A DNA stretch of 64,000 bases from Sneathiella sp. (GTDB taxonomy: Bacteria > Pseudomonadota > Alphaproteobacteria > Sneathiellales > Sneathiellaceae). The translations under genes were made by a program, and so were the position numbers. The notes below the pieces were generated by a model. It had not been told where the DNA came from. It saw only the letters and a list, made by a program, of their open reading frames with translations, and ran no database searches. The stretch covers positions 905-64,904 of the forward strand of contig JAEPMY010000002.1 in assembly GCA_017643685.1 (NCBI GenBank). The letters are read 5' to 3'. Within the stretch, counting starts at the first letter, position 1. The number at the start of each line of letters is the position of its first letter. This document shows, piece by piece, positions 30,440 to 40,980 of the stretch.

Positions 30440-32304
30440 TACATTCTTTCCATTTTTCTAAGGTTCAGCACATCCGCGCTGTCATTATTTTGATAAAGCC
30501 GTTCCACGAGTTGCGCCCTGTTTTCCAGAACGGCGGACTGATTGATATACTGTTTATCTGTAATTTCGTTTTTGTCCGGTGATAATGGGTATGACATGGC
30601 GATTGCATGTCCGACCCGCCTACTCCCTGATCCGTTATTATTGTTATATGTTTTTAGTTTTTCTTCGACCTTCTGAAGGTATTCAGGATCGGTCACTGTA
30701 TCAAGGGGGTTTTGCACTTCCAGACCGCGTTTTTTCATTGCTGCCATGGCGGGCTCGCTGGGGACAATCAAAATACCGATTTCATTCTGATTATGTCCCG
30801 CAACAACCACATCTCGCGCCAACGGATCAAGGGCATCAATCAGGGCCAATCTCAGACTACCCACTTCAACCCATGTGCCGTTGGACAACTTAAAGTCTTC
30901 GGATACTCGCCCTGCGAATACCATTCCGTGGGATGGATCCTTCGCATCAATGAATTTCACCGCATCCCGAATGCAATAGAACCCTTCTTCATCGAAATAT
31001 TCAGAGGTCAAATCCGGGCGTTTATAATATCCATCAAGGATGGCCGGACCTTTCACACGAATTTCAAACTTCCCGGCAACCGGAACCAGCTTCACGTCGA
31101 TGCCGGAATAAGGCACGCCGATCAGGCCAACCTTTTCCTCATCCCAATACACAGACGTGCCGACGGCCGTTGTCTCCGTCGATCCCCAACCCGTGCCAAA
31201 GGGCATACGATACCCCGTGTATTTAATGGCAAGGACCTGCATCCGTTCGAACAACTCCTGCGACAAGGCTGCCCCACCATACTGGCACAGGCGCACCCGA
31301 TCAAAGAACGCCGTTGCCAGCTCTTCATCCTCTTCCATTTCATCAAGTAGGAAGCTATAGGCCGTTGGAACGCTGCTGAACCGTGTTGGTTTTACCTGTT
31401 TCAAATTTGAGATAGTCCGGTCAAACAATCCGGGGACCGGCTTCCCATCATCCAGATACATGGTCCCTTTCACTCGCATGATGCTGAAAAAGTTCATGTT
31501 GCCACCATAGGTATGGTGCCAAGGCAGCCAATCCAGCACGACGGTCGGATCTGTTGCAGGATCCGTCTGCTCCGTAATCAACTCCGCCATGCGCTGCGCA
31601 GAACACAGCATCCGCTGGGTGTTTGCAACGGCTTTTGGCATCCCAGTTGATCCGGATGTAAACAGAATTTTTGCGATATTCTCATGGGTAACGGCATCGC
31701 GTTTTGGGGCGATTACCGCCTCCTCCGCCGGGATCAGCAACTCGTCAAAAGCCATCCCCCCATCAACAACACCAGACGCCGTCACAAAGTCCCGCTTTCC
31801 GTCTTTTAAAACGGTCATGGCCTTACCAAACATATCTGCACTTTCAGCAAAAATCATTTTCGGCTCGGTCAAATCAGCTGCGTATCTCAGCTTCTCATAA
31901 TCCTGTGTCATCAGGGAGAAAGACGGCGAGACAGGCACAATCGGCACACCAACTTGCAAGGCACCCATGGACAGGATCGCATGAGCAAAACTGTTGGTGG
32001 AGAGGATCATAATGGATGTTGTCTCGTCATACCCATTATTGATCAGCCAGGTGCTGACCATATCCGCCTTGTCTCTGGCTTCCTTGTAGGTCAGCTCTGG
32101 CCATGTCTCCGACGGGGAGCATTGCACCAGAAATGGCCGGTCTGGAAATTCTTCCGCCGCCCGATGCCAAAGGGCGGATACATTTTTTTCATATTCTCCG
32201 ATTGCAATGTTACTGCGCATCAGATAAGAGCCGTCATCACGTTTGGTAACGGAGATATCGGGCAGAGGTCTATTTAAGGGCCGGAACGGAATGGCGGCAG
32301 ACAT
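30439..32304 (-). CDS. AMP-dependent acyl-CoA synthetase/ligase (feruloyl/long-chain-like)
   Basis: 621 aa with the AMP-binding motifs LFTSGSTGMPKAV and GWGSTE. Its stop overlaps the reductase start by 1 nt. Confidence 0.85.
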   Translation of the reverse strand: MSAAIPFRPLNRPLPDISVTKRDDGSYLMRSNIAIGEYEKNVSALWHRAAEEFPDRPFLVQCSPSETWPELTYKEARDKADMVSTWLINNGYDETTSIMILSTNSFAHAILSMGALQVGVPIVPVSPSFSLMTQDYEKLRYAADLTEPKMIFAESADMFGKAMTVLKDGKRDFVTASGVVDGGMAFDELLIPAEEAVIAPKRDAVTHENIAKILFTSGSTGMPKAVANTQRMLCSAQRMAELITEQTDPATDPTVVLDWLPWHHTYGGNMNFFSIMRVKGTMYLDDGKPVPGLFDRTISNLKQVKPTRFSSVPTAYSFLLDEMEEDEELATAFFDRVRLCQYGGAALSQELFERMQVLAIKYTGYRMPFGTGWGSTETTAVGTSVYWDEEKVGLIGVPYSGIDVKLVPVAGKFEIRVKGPAILDGYYKRPDLTSEYFDEEGFYCIRDAVKFIDAKDPSHGMVFAGRVSEDFKLSNGTWVEVGSLRLALIDALDPLARDVVVAGHNQNEIGILIVPSEPAMAAMKKRGLEVQNPLDTVTDPEYLQKVEEKLKTYNNNNGSGSRRVGHAIAMSYPLSPDKNEITDKQYINQSAVLENRAQLVERLYQNNDSADVLNLRKMERM

Positions 32305-32367
32305 GCGGTGTTTCCCCCAGTTTTATTTTGTTTTTTTATATTTTGTTTTTTTGTAACGTAGAGACAA

Positions 32368-32380
32368 TGACAAATTGTCA
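32368..32380. promoter_or_regulatory. Candidate TetR operator: palindrome TGACAA-a-TTGTCA
   Basis: Read directly in the divergent region between the acyl-CoA synthetase gene and the TetR gene. It overlaps a second dyad, GACAAT-n5-ATTGTC. Confidence 0.35.
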
Positions 32381-32428
32381 CATAAATTTCCAGCGGCAGC
32401 TGCAAAAAAATAATAAGGGGCAGTTTTA

Positions 32429-33070
32429 ATGGGCAGCATTGTGGATGGCCGGGTGGCCGGCGATCGCGCCAGCAAGCGCAAGGCAGAGAAAAGAGAGAGG
32501 CTTCTGGCGGCAGCTCGTAAGTTATTTATCCAAAAAGGCTACCATGAAACCCGGCCGCAGGATATCGCCCGCGAGGCCGATGTCGCCCACGGGACTTTCT
32601 ACAGTCATTTCAACGATAAACGAGAAATTTTCCTCGCGTTTGCTTATGAGGCACAGGAAGACCTGACCAATTATGTAGTCGATCGCATTCCTGAAGTTAA
32701 AAATTTTGAGGAATATCTAAACCACGCCCTGACCGCAATTCAGGAATTTGCGGAACAGAACCCCGGCCTGCTCCGGTCCGCGCTCGTCGATATCAAGGTA
32801 TTTGATCCGACAGATAAGATGGCAAAAGTTGTTCGAAGCAAATTTGCCGCGGGCTTTATCCGCATCATCAGTGACGCAAAAGAACGCGGAGAGCTTTATG
32901 ATGATGTGGACCCTGAATTGATGGGCCACGCCATGATGGGGGTTATTCAATCGGCCGCGCCGCAAGCCTACCGCATGGGTAAAAGCCGGGAGGAGTTTGT
33001 GAAACTCCTCGCCAACTTCCTGGCACGGGCCATGATTAAAGAACCCAGCACATCCGTCACCAACGACTAA
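32429..33070 (+). CDS. TetR/AcrR family transcriptional regulator
   Basis: 213 aa with the HTH region [44 protein letters not shown]. It is divergent from the acyl-CoA ligase cluster. Confidence 0.85.
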   Translation: MGSIVDGRVAGDRASKRKAEKRERLLAAARKLFIQKGYHETRPQDIAREADVAHGTFYSHFNDKREIFLAFAYEAQEDLTNYVVDRIPEVKNFEEYLNHALTAIQEFAEQNPGLLRSALVDIKVFDPTDKMAKVVRSKFAAGFIRIISDAKERGELYDDVDPELMGHAMMGVIQSAAPQAYRMGKSREEFVKLLANFLARAMIKEPSTSVTND

Positions 33071-34027
33071 TTCCAGGGATTATTATCGTCCGGTTTCGAT
33101 TTACCGCCCACTTCCGGGATACCGCTTGTTCCGCGGCGGGTTGTTGTCGGCTTTTGACGCGGCGCTGACCGCTCAGGCGCCCGCCGGAACATGGATGCCG
33201 CCAATTCACGAAGACGTTCAATCCGGTTCGCTGTCGATGGATGGGTTGAAAAAAGATTATCCGCCCGATGCCCACTTAAGGGGTTCACAATGAAAAGACT
33301 TGCCGATGCGGGGTTTCGTTCCGCCTCGTAATTCTCGATATGGCGGGCCCCATTTTCCAATTTGGCAAGCGCTGACGCCAGACTTTCTGGATTACCGCAA
33401 ATCTGACCGCCCAGCTTATCTGCGGAATATTCCCGCGTCCGGCTAATGGCCATCTGAACCAGCATCGCCGCAATAGGTGCCAGCAGCGCAGTCGCGATGA
33501 TACCAATAAATCCGGTGTTATTATCGCGATTTCCACCAAAAAACATGGCAAAGTTTGCCAGCATGCTGATCGCACCGGCAAGGGTTGCGGTAATCGTCAT
33601 GATCAGCGTGTCGCGATTTTTGACATGTGCAAGTTCGTGGGCCATCACACCGGCAATTTCATCGCGGTTCAGAATTTTCAATAGGCCTGTTGTCGCAGCA
33701 ACGGCTGCATTTTCAGGGTTCCGACCTGTCGCAAACGCGTTTGGCTGCGGATTTTCCATGATGTAGACCCGTGGCATTGGCAAATCCGCCCGCATGGCAA
33801 GATCCGCCTACCAGTTTATAAAATTCCGGTGCTGTCGTGGCGTCCACTTCTTTCGCGCCATACATCCGAAGCACCATTTTATCGGAATTCCAGTAGGCGA
33901 AGAAGTTCATGCCGACGGCAATCACAAAGGCAATAATCATCCCCTGCTGACCACCAATCATAGCGCCAACACCAAGGAAAATGGCTGTAATGGCCGCAAT
34001 CAACATGCCTGTTTTAAGGTAATTCAT
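33067..34027 (-). pseudogene. htpX: Protease HtpX homologue interrupted by a +1 frameshift (or a sequencing error)
   Basis: Two ORFs in different frames each cover part of one HtpX. ORF 33713..34027 gives the genuine N-terminus MNYLKTGML...APEFYKLV, then nonsense. ORF 33067..33795 gives [24 protein letters not shown]...[10 protein letters not shown] onward. In the second frame, ADLA precedes MRADL directly after a TAG. Confidence 0.8.
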
Positions 34028-34247
34028 TTCCTATATTCCAGAAAAACAATCGTCTCAGATATATGGATATTTCATGTCGGCTTAACAAGTGGTGAGAGAT
34101 AAATCGAAGGCTTATTAGATTTATCTAAAAATACGTCATATAATAGACGTGCATTCAATGAAATTGCCGCGGCCTGCCAGCCTGAGGCAACACATAATAA
34201 TAAATACAATAATGACGTAAGTAGTCTGTAATAGAGAGGTATTAAGT

Positions 34248-34631
34248 ATGAATAAAGTACCAGCATCCTTTTACATGATGGGCACCCTGTTTGCGATTTG
34301 CGGAATGATCTGGGGCATATATATGTCTGCAACACATGACCACATACTGTCCCCTGCCCATGGCCACCTAAACCTGATCGGTTTTGTCACTATGTTTATC
34401 TTTGGCACTTATTATGCGCTGACGCCGTCCGCCGCCAACAGTAATCTTGCGAAAATACACCTTGGTTTGGCCGTGTTATCAGTTGTGACCATCACTCCGG
34501 GAATTGCGTTTGCACTTACAGGCCAGACTGAAGTTCTAGCGAAAATCGGATCTTTGCTCACACTTCTGGCAATGTTGCTGTTTGGATTTATCATATTCAA
34601 GCATGGGGTTGGACAAAAGCAAACGAGCTAA
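34248..34631 (+). CDS. Small 4-TM membrane protein with a conserved His cluster, function unknown
   Basis: 127 aa with four hydrophobic segments and the motif THDHILSPAHGHLNLIGF. I recognise no family with certainty. Confidence 0.55.
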   Translation: MNKVPASFYMMGTLFAICGMIWGIYMSATHDHILSPAHGHLNLIGFVTMFIFGTYYALTPSAANSNLAKIHLGLAVLSVVTITPGIAFALTGQTEVLAKIGSLLTLLAMLLFGFIIFKHGVGQKQTS

Positions 34632-34790
34632 GACGTATATGCCTGCCACAAAAATTCCTTTTGCAGGTCACAAACTTGTCTGAAATGCATGTGATAAATC
34701 AAACTCCCCGATTAAGCTATTGAACAAGCAGCGTTTCGGGGGACCGAGAGTCACTCGGAGGCGTTCTGTGCTCCCAATGGCGCAGAAGAA

Positions 34791-34821
34791 GCGGCAGCCC
34801 CAAAAGGCTGCCGCTTTTATT
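34791..34821. terminator. Intrinsic terminator hairpin just downstream of alaS (convergent region)
   Basis: GCGGCAGCC-ccaaaa-GGCTGCCGC followed by TTTTATT on the plus strand. On the minus strand it is followed by TTCTTCT and sits 6 nt after the alaS stop. Confidence 0.6.
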
Positions 34822-34826
34822 ATGGA

Positions 34827-37478
34827 TTAGCCTGCGATGGCTTCTTTAATGGCCGCAATGGCCTCATCTGCTTTTGATCCATCCGGACCACCAGCCTGCG
34901 CCATATCAGGACGGCCACCGCCGCCTTTACCACCAAGCGCTGCGGAGCCAACACGCACCAGATCAACCGCGCTCACCTTATCGGTCACATCGTCAGTCAC
35001 ACCGACAACGATAGAGGCTTTACCGTCGTTCACGGCAATCAGAACCGCAACACCGCTGCCAACCTGTTTCTTGATGTCGTCGGCCATCGGCTTCAGATCT
35101 TTTGGCGGTACATCTTCCAGAACCTTGGCAATAACAGCAACGCCGTTCACGTCTTCTTTGTCATTACCGGCGCTTCCGCCGCCCGTAGCCAGCTTTTTAC
35201 GTGTATCGGATAGTTCCCGCTCAAGACGTTTACGCTCATCCAAAAGCGCTGAGATACGAGTTGTGAGCTCATTAGGTGCAACTTTCAACGCACCAGCGGC
35301 ACCTTGCAGCAACGCTTCCTGACCGTTGACATAATCAAGCGCGGCTTCACCTGCGACTGCCTCAATCCGGCGAACACCGGCGGCAAGACCACCTTCGCTG
35401 ATGATTTTCAGCATCCCAATGTCACCAGTGCGGCCCACGTGGGTACCACCACAAAGCTCAACAGAATATGTTTTGCCGGCGCCTTTGTTGATATCGTCAC
35501 CACCCATGGAGACAACACGAACCTCATCGCCGTATTTTTCACCAAAGAGGGCCATCGCACCGCCTTTAATGGCATCTTCCGGAGTTGTCAGTTTGACGCC
35601 AACCTCAGCGTTCAGGCGAATACGGTCATTCACATCTTTTTCGATCTGGCGCAGCTCTTCGGTGCTGATCGCTTTTGGATGCGAGATGTCAAAACGCAGA
35701 CGATCCTCGGCAACCAAGGAGCCTTTCTGTGTCACGTGATCCCCAAGACGCTGACGCAATGCTTCATGCAACAAGTGTGTGGCAGAGTGATGCGCCCGCA
35801 GACGCGCCCGGCGTCCCCCATCTACATGGGTTTCAACAACATCATCAGTTGCGACAGTCCCTTCAACAACTTTACCAATGTGAACATGCAGGTTCTCACG
35901 TTTCTGCGTGTCTGTAATATCGATAACCAGACCGTTTTCAGATGTGAGTTGGCCTTTATCACCTTCCTGACCGCCGGACTCTCCGTAGAAAGACGTTTGG
36001 TTCAGAACGAGCATGACCTCATCACCAGCGGATGCTTTTTCAGCTTCTTCACCGTTCACAAGAACAGCCTGAACCTGACCTTCAGCGCTTTCCGTCTGAT
36101 AACCAAGGAATTCAGTGGCACCAAAGCGATCATAAAGATCGAACCAGACCTTATCCGTCGCCGCCTCACCTGAGCCAGACCAGGCCGCACGGGCAGCCTC
36201 TTTCTGTTTCTGCATGGCAGCGTCAAAGCCTGCTTCGTCCAGATCTCGGCCCTGACCGCGCAGGATGTCTTTTGTCAAATCAAGCGGGAAGCCAAAAGTA
36301 TCGTAGAGTTTAAACGCCACGTCACCGGAAAGTGCCTGACTACCGCCCAGCTTGTCCGTTTCGTCTTCCAGAAGCTTCAGACCACGGCCAAGCGTTTCCT
36401 TGAACCGGGTTTCTTCCAGTTTCAATGTCTCTGTGATCAGGGACTGCGCACGTTCCAACTCTGGGAAGGCTGCGCCCATCTCGTCCACCAGTGTCTGCAC
36501 CAGTTTATAAACCATCGGGTCTTTTGCGCCCAATAGATGCGCGTGACGCATGGCGCGGCGCATAATGCGGCGCAGCACATAACCACGACCTTCGTTAGAT
36601 GGTAGCACACCATCCGCAATCAGGAAGGAAGAAGACCGCAAATGGTCTGCAATCACACGGTGGGATACAGCCAGATCACCATCTGCATCCACATTTGAGA
36701 AATGTGCAGACGCTTCGATGATGCGGCGCATCAGGTCGATATCATAGTTGTCGTGCTTGCCCTGCAAAACAGCGGCAATTCGCTCAAGCCCCATGCCGGT
36801 ATCAATTGACGGACGCGGCAGATTGGTACGCTCACCACTTGCCTGCTGTTCGAACTGCATGAACACCAGGTTCCAGATTTCAATAAACCGATCCCCATCC
36901 TCATCAGGAGAGCCCGGAGGGCCACCAGGAATGCCTTCGCCGTGATCGAAGAAAATCTCGGAGCATGGACCACATGGACCTGTGTCCCCCATGGACCAGA
37001 AGTTATCAGATGTGGCAATACGAATGATTTTATCATCGTTAAAGCCGCCGATTTTCTTCCAAAGATCAACGGCTTCATCATCATCGTGATAAACAGTTAC
37101 CAGCAACTTGTCTTTGGCAAGACCAAACTCTTTGGTTAGCAGGTTCCACGCCAGATGAATGGCTTCTTCCTTGAAGTAATCGCCAAAAGAGAAGTTCCCT
37201 AGCATTTCAAAGAATGTGTGGTGGCGGGCTGTGTAGCCGACATTTTCAAGGTCGTTATGTTTACCACCGGCCCGCACACATTTCTGTGTGGTTACCGCTC
37301 GGCTGTAAGGACGTTTCTCCTGACCGGTGAAAACGTTTTTAAACTGGACCATACCCGCATTGGTAAACAGCAGGGTTGGATCGTTCCGCGGAACCAGCGG
37401 AGAGCTTTCTACGATTTCGTGTCCGTTTTTGCCGTAAAAATTCAAAAACGAAGAACGTATTTCCTTAGCCGTTGTCAT
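34827..37478 (-). CDS. alaS: Alanine--tRNA ligase
   Basis: 883 aa with the class II core [18 protein letters not shown], the editing domain HSATHLLH...CGGTHV and a C-terminal DHHA1 domain ([15 protein letters not shown]). Confidence 0.97.
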   Translation of the reverse strand: MTTAKEIRSSFLNFYGKNGHEIVESSPLVPRNDPTLLFTNAGMVQFKNVFTGQEKRPYSRAVTTQKCVRAGGKHNDLENVGYTARHHTFFEMLGNFSFGDYFKEEAIHLAWNLLTKEFGLAKDKLLVTVYHDDDEAVDLWKKIGGFNDDKIIRIATSDNFWSMGDTGPCGPCSEIFFDHGEGIPGGPPGSPDEDGDRFIEIWNLVFMQFEQQASGERTNLPRPSIDTGMGLERIAAVLQGKHDNYDIDLMRRIIEASAHFSNVDADGDLAVSHRVIADHLRSSSFLIADGVLPSNEGRGYVLRRIMRRAMRHAHLLGAKDPMVYKLVQTLVDEMGAAFPELERAQSLITETLKLEETRFKETLGRGLKLLEDETDKLGGSQALSGDVAFKLYDTFGFPLDLTKDILRGQGRDLDEAGFDAAMQKQKEAARAAWSGSGEAATDKVWFDLYDRFGATEFLGYQTESAEGQVQAVLVNGEEAEKASAGDEVMLVLNQTSFYGESGGQEGDKGQLTSENGLVIDITDTQKRENLHVHIGKVVEGTVATDDVVETHVDGGRRARLRAHHSATHLLHEALRQRLGDHVTQKGSLVAEDRLRFDISHPKAISTEELRQIEKDVNDRIRLNAEVGVKLTTPEDAIKGGAMALFGEKYGDEVRVVSMGGDDINKGAGKTYSVELCGGTHVGRTGDIGMLKIISEGGLAAGVRRIEAVAGEAALDYVNGQEALLQGAAGALKVAPNELTTRISALLDERKRLERELSDTRKKLATGGGSAGNDKEDVNGVAVIAKVLEDVPPKDLKPMADDIKKQVGSGVAVLIAVNDGKASIVVGVTDDVTDKVSAVDLVRVGSAALGGKGGGGRPDMAQAGGPDGSKADEAIAAIKEAIAG

Positions 37479-37720
37479 TCTCTAACTCCTGTGCACCGCC
37501 TGCTTTTAACGGGGGACAGTTATATAATAAATAGTTGCCTTTTCACGCCTTTTACCCTGCCAGAGGATGACTGTCCAGTGACGATAGCGGGCGCACGCCT
37601 CGCAAAAGCTGGAAATTATGATGACTTCCTGCTAAGGAAGTTCAAGAATAAAACCAAACAACAAAAAATCGGCGGCCATTCGTTTCAGGGCAGGTCGCCA
37701 AAAAGAAACGGAATTTTCGC

Positions 37721-38668
37721 GTGACCCTTATAGATAAAGACCCGACCGCCGCCATTGCCGACATTCAAAAACGTTTCGAGGGTGCGGGCTATATATGTGA
37801 TCGCCATATCGCAACATCCATCTATCTTTCCCGGAAACTGGATAAACCCATTCTGGTTGAGGGACCTCCGGGTGTTGGTAAAACGGAACTGGCCAAAGCC
37901 ACCGCTGAATTGATGGGCGCAGATCTGGTGCGCCTGCAATGCTATGAGGGGCTTGATGAAAGCAAGGCGCTGTATGAATGGAAATATGGCAAACAGCTTC
38001 TCTATACGCAAATCCTGAAAGAAAAGCTCGGCGATCTGTTGGAAGATGCCCAAGGCATTGATGCGTCGATGGAAAAACTCCATACGTTCGGGGATCAGTT
38101 CTTCTCTCATAATTTTCTGGAGGCACGCCCGCTTCTGCAGGCGTTGATGTCAGACAATCAAACCGTTCTTCTGATTGACGAGATTGATAAATCCGACCAC
38201 GAATTTGAAGCTTATCTGCTGGAAATTCTGTCAGATTATCAGATCACGGTCCCGGAGATTGGTACCATTAAAGCCATCCACAAACCGGTTGTGTTCCTGA
38301 CCAGTAACAACAGCCGGGAAATGGGCGATGCACTGAAACGTCGGTGCCTGCATCTCTACATTCCCTTCCCAGATGCGGATCGGGAACGCCAGATTATTCA
38401 GGCCCGTATTCCAGAAATTGACGAAAATTTGCGGAACCAGCTTGTCGCCTTTGTGCAGCAGCTTCGCACACAGGATTTGAAAAAACTGCCTGCGGTTAGC
38501 GAAACCATTGACTGGGCGCGGACCCTAATGCTGTTGCATGCGGAAAGTCTGGATACGGACATGGTTCGGAATACCCTCAATATGCTTCTGAAATTCGAAG
38601 ACGATATTGATAATATGGATAGCGAAATTCCAAAACTGGTCACCGCCGCCAAGAAAGAGGCGCGCTGA
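37721..38668 (+). CDS. MoxR-family AAA+ ATPase (CoxD-like)
   Basis: 315 aa with a GTG start, Walker A GPPGVGKTE, Walker B LLIDEIDK and sensor regions. The stop overlaps the start of the VWA gene (TGATG). Confidence 0.87.
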   Translation: MTLIDKDPTAAIADIQKRFEGAGYICDRHIATSIYLSRKLDKPILVEGPPGVGKTELAKATAELMGADLVRLQCYEGLDESKALYEWKYGKQLLYTQILKEKLGDLLEDAQGIDASMEKLHTFGDQFFSHNFLEARPLLQALMSDNQTVLLIDEIDKSDHEFEAYLLEILSDYQITVPEIGTIKAIHKPVVFLTSNNSREMGDALKRRCLHLYIPFPDADRERQIIQARIPEIDENLRNQLVAFVQQLRTQDLKKLPAVSETIDWARTLMLLHAESLDTDMVRNTLNMLLKFEDDIDNMDSEIPKLVTAAKKEAR

Positions 38669-40125
38669 TGAGCCGCCCCCTCGCCGATTTTGTGGATATG
38701 CTCCGTCATGCGGATGTACCTGTCTCAATCGGAGAGGCGATTGACGCTGCCCGCACCATCGAGCTGCTCGGCTATGAGGATCGCGGCCTGTTGAAAAGCG
38801 CGCTGGGTCAGGTGATGGCCAAAACCACCGACGAGATGGAAAGCTTTGATCATTGCTTCGATGAGTTTTTCAAAATCGAAACCAAGCTGGATATGGGCGG
38901 AGACCTGACAGAGCAGCTTGGCGAAGATGAAGAGAGCGACGGCAATGGAATGGAAGCCCCATCCTTGCTGGATAATCTGGATGATGGTTCTCCCTCTTCT
39001 TCTCCTTCCGGATCGGAAGGCGGCGGTGGTGGGGGATCGGGTCAATCTGCAGCTGAAGACGGCGAAGGCGGCCCTGCAACGTCCTTGACCGAGATGCTAG
39101 AAGCTGGCGATCGCACAGGCCTTCAAATGCGGATGGGCGAAGCCGCCGATGAGGTAGGTCTTTCAAACATTGTTCTCTCCACCCAGCGGGGGCTCTTCAC
39201 CCGCCGAATTATGGAGGCAATGGGCCTTGATGGCGTTAATCAGGATATTCGGGATCGCCGCGCCAACGAAGCAGACGACAGCGCGGATGAGTTGGAGCGC
39301 CGCCTTAATGTGTTGTTCGAAGCAACCCGCGATATGGTGGACCGGCAACTGGCCATGACCGCGCAAGGCAAAAGCACTGAATTTCGTCAGAATGTCCTTA
39401 AAAAGGTGCGCCTTTCCAATATCGAACACCGCGATTTCCGTCTCATGCGGGAAATGACCCGCAAGATGGCGAAGCGTCTGACCGATATGAACTCGCGGGT
39501 GAAAAAGGTCAAAAATCGCGGACATCTGGATATTCGCAAAACCATGCGCCGCAATGTGGCCTATGATGGCATTCTGTTTGAAACCCATTGGAAGCAAAAG
39601 GAAAAAGACCGGCCAAAGGTGATGGCCGTGTGTGATGTCAGTGGCTCTGTCGCCTCTGTCGCACGTTTTCTGCTCCTCTTCCTCTACAGCATGAACGAGG
39701 TTCTACCCAACGTTCGCTCCTTCGCCTTTTCCGGCGATTTAGGGGAAATTACCGATCTCTTAAAAGAAAATGGCCCCGAAGAGGCAGTGCCTGCCGCCAT
39801 TGATAAATACGGGGGGCGCTCCACCGATTATGGACGCGCCATGCAGGATTTCAAAGATCTGGTCTTTAACGAGATTGATAATCGGACCACCATTATTATT
39901 CTGGGCGATGGCCGCTCCAACGGGTCGGATCCGCGTGTGGATATCCTGAAAGACATTAAAACCCGGGCAAAGCGCGTTATCTGGTTGAACCCTGAACGGA
40001 AATCCATCTGGGGTTCAGGGGATAGCGAAATGCTGCGGATTGCGCCATATTGCACGGTAGCTGAGACCTGTAACTCCTTGAATAAGCTTGAACTTGTTAT
40101 TCGTGACCTTCTTAAAACTTCCTGA
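38668..40125 (+). CDS. VWA domain-containing CoxE-like protein
   Basis: 485 aa. The N-terminal region has an acidic and Gly/Ser-rich linker (SPSSSPSGSEGGGGGGSG). The C-terminal VWA domain has an intact MIDAS motif (CDVSGSV) and LGDGRSN. Confidence 0.85.
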   Translation: MSRPLADFVDMLRHADVPVSIGEAIDAARTIELLGYEDRGLLKSALGQVMAKTTDEMESFDHCFDEFFKIETKLDMGGDLTEQLGEDEESDGNGMEAPSLLDNLDDGSPSSSPSGSEGGGGGGSGQSAAEDGEGGPATSLTEMLEAGDRTGLQMRMGEAADEVGLSNIVLSTQRGLFTRRIMEAMGLDGVNQDIRDRRANEADDSADELERRLNVLFEATRDMVDRQLAMTAQGKSTEFRQNVLKKVRLSNIEHRDFRLMREMTRKMAKRLTDMNSRVKKVKNRGHLDIRKTMRRNVAYDGILFETHWKQKEKDRPKVMAVCDVSGSVASVARFLLLFLYSMNEVLPNVRSFAFSGDLGEITDLLKENGPEEAVPAAIDKYGGRSTDYGRAMQDFKDLVFNEIDNRTTIIILGDGRSNGSDPRVDILKDIKTRAKRVIWLNPERKSIWGSGDSEMLRIAPYCTVAETCNSLNKLELVIRDLLKTS

Positions 40126-40143
40126 CGAGAGAGTAGTGTAAGT

Positions 40144-40980
40144 ATGTTTGAATTTGCCGGACAGGATACAGAACTTCTGATGTTGATGGGGGCCGCGTTG
40201 GTCGGCACCGGAATTGTCGCCGGTATTCTGGCGGGGCTTTTGGGTGTTGGCGGCGGTATCGTTATCGTACCGGTTCTCTACCACCTGCTCTCTTACATCG
40301 GGATTGCCGAAGAGGTCCGCATGCATGTGGCGGTGGGAACGTCCCTTGCCACTATTATTCTAACCTCCATCTCGTCCGCCCGGGCTCATTATAAAAAAGG
40401 GGCTGTGGATACAGCGCTGTTGAAAAGTTGGGGAATTGTTATTTTCCTCGGCGTTCTTGGCGGGACATGGATGGCGAGCATTGTAAACGCCACAATCCTG
40501 ACCGGTATCTTCGCCGTTCTGGCTCTTGTGGTTGCCGCAAATATGGCCTTCCGCCCCGAAGGAGTTCATATCTCTGACAAGTTGCCAAAATCTCCCTTAA
40601 AAGAGGTACTGGCGCTCTTTATCGGTTGGTTCTCTGCCATGATGGGGATCGGCGGGGGGACATTCTCTGTGCCTATTCTAACGCTGTTCAACTACCCCAT
40701 TCGGCAGGCCGTTGGAACAGCATCGGCCATTGGCTTGATCATCGCTATTCCGGGCACAGTGGGCTTTCTCCTCGCGGGTCTTGAGGCTGCAAATCTGCCG
40801 CCTGGTAACTTTGGGTATGTCAATATTCTGGGCTTTTTGGTTATTGTACCGATGACCATTATTTTTGCCCCTGTTGGCGCCCATATCGCCCATAGCATCA
40901 ATACAGGAATGCTGAAAAAAGCTTTTGCCTTTTTCCTGTTCCTAACCTCCATTCGGATGTTCTATGGCATCCTCGGCTAA
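40144..40980 (+). CDS. TauE/SafE family sulfite/anion exporter-like membrane protein
   Basis: 278 aa with about 8 TM segments and the repeated motif GLLGVGGGIVIVP / MMGIGGGTFSVP typical of the family. Confidence 0.85.
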   Translation: MFEFAGQDTELLMLMGAALVGTGIVAGILAGLLGVGGGIVIVPVLYHLLSYIGIAEEVRMHVAVGTSLATIILTSISSARAHYKKGAVDTALLKSWGIVIFLGVLGGTWMASIVNATILTGIFAVLALVVAANMAFRPEGVHISDKLPKSPLKEVLALFIGWFSAMMGIGGGTFSVPILTLFNYPIRQAVGTASAIGLIIAIPGTVGFLLAGLEAANLPPGNFGYVNILGFLVIVPMTIIFAPVGAHIAHSINTGMLKKAFAFFLFLTSIRMFYGILG

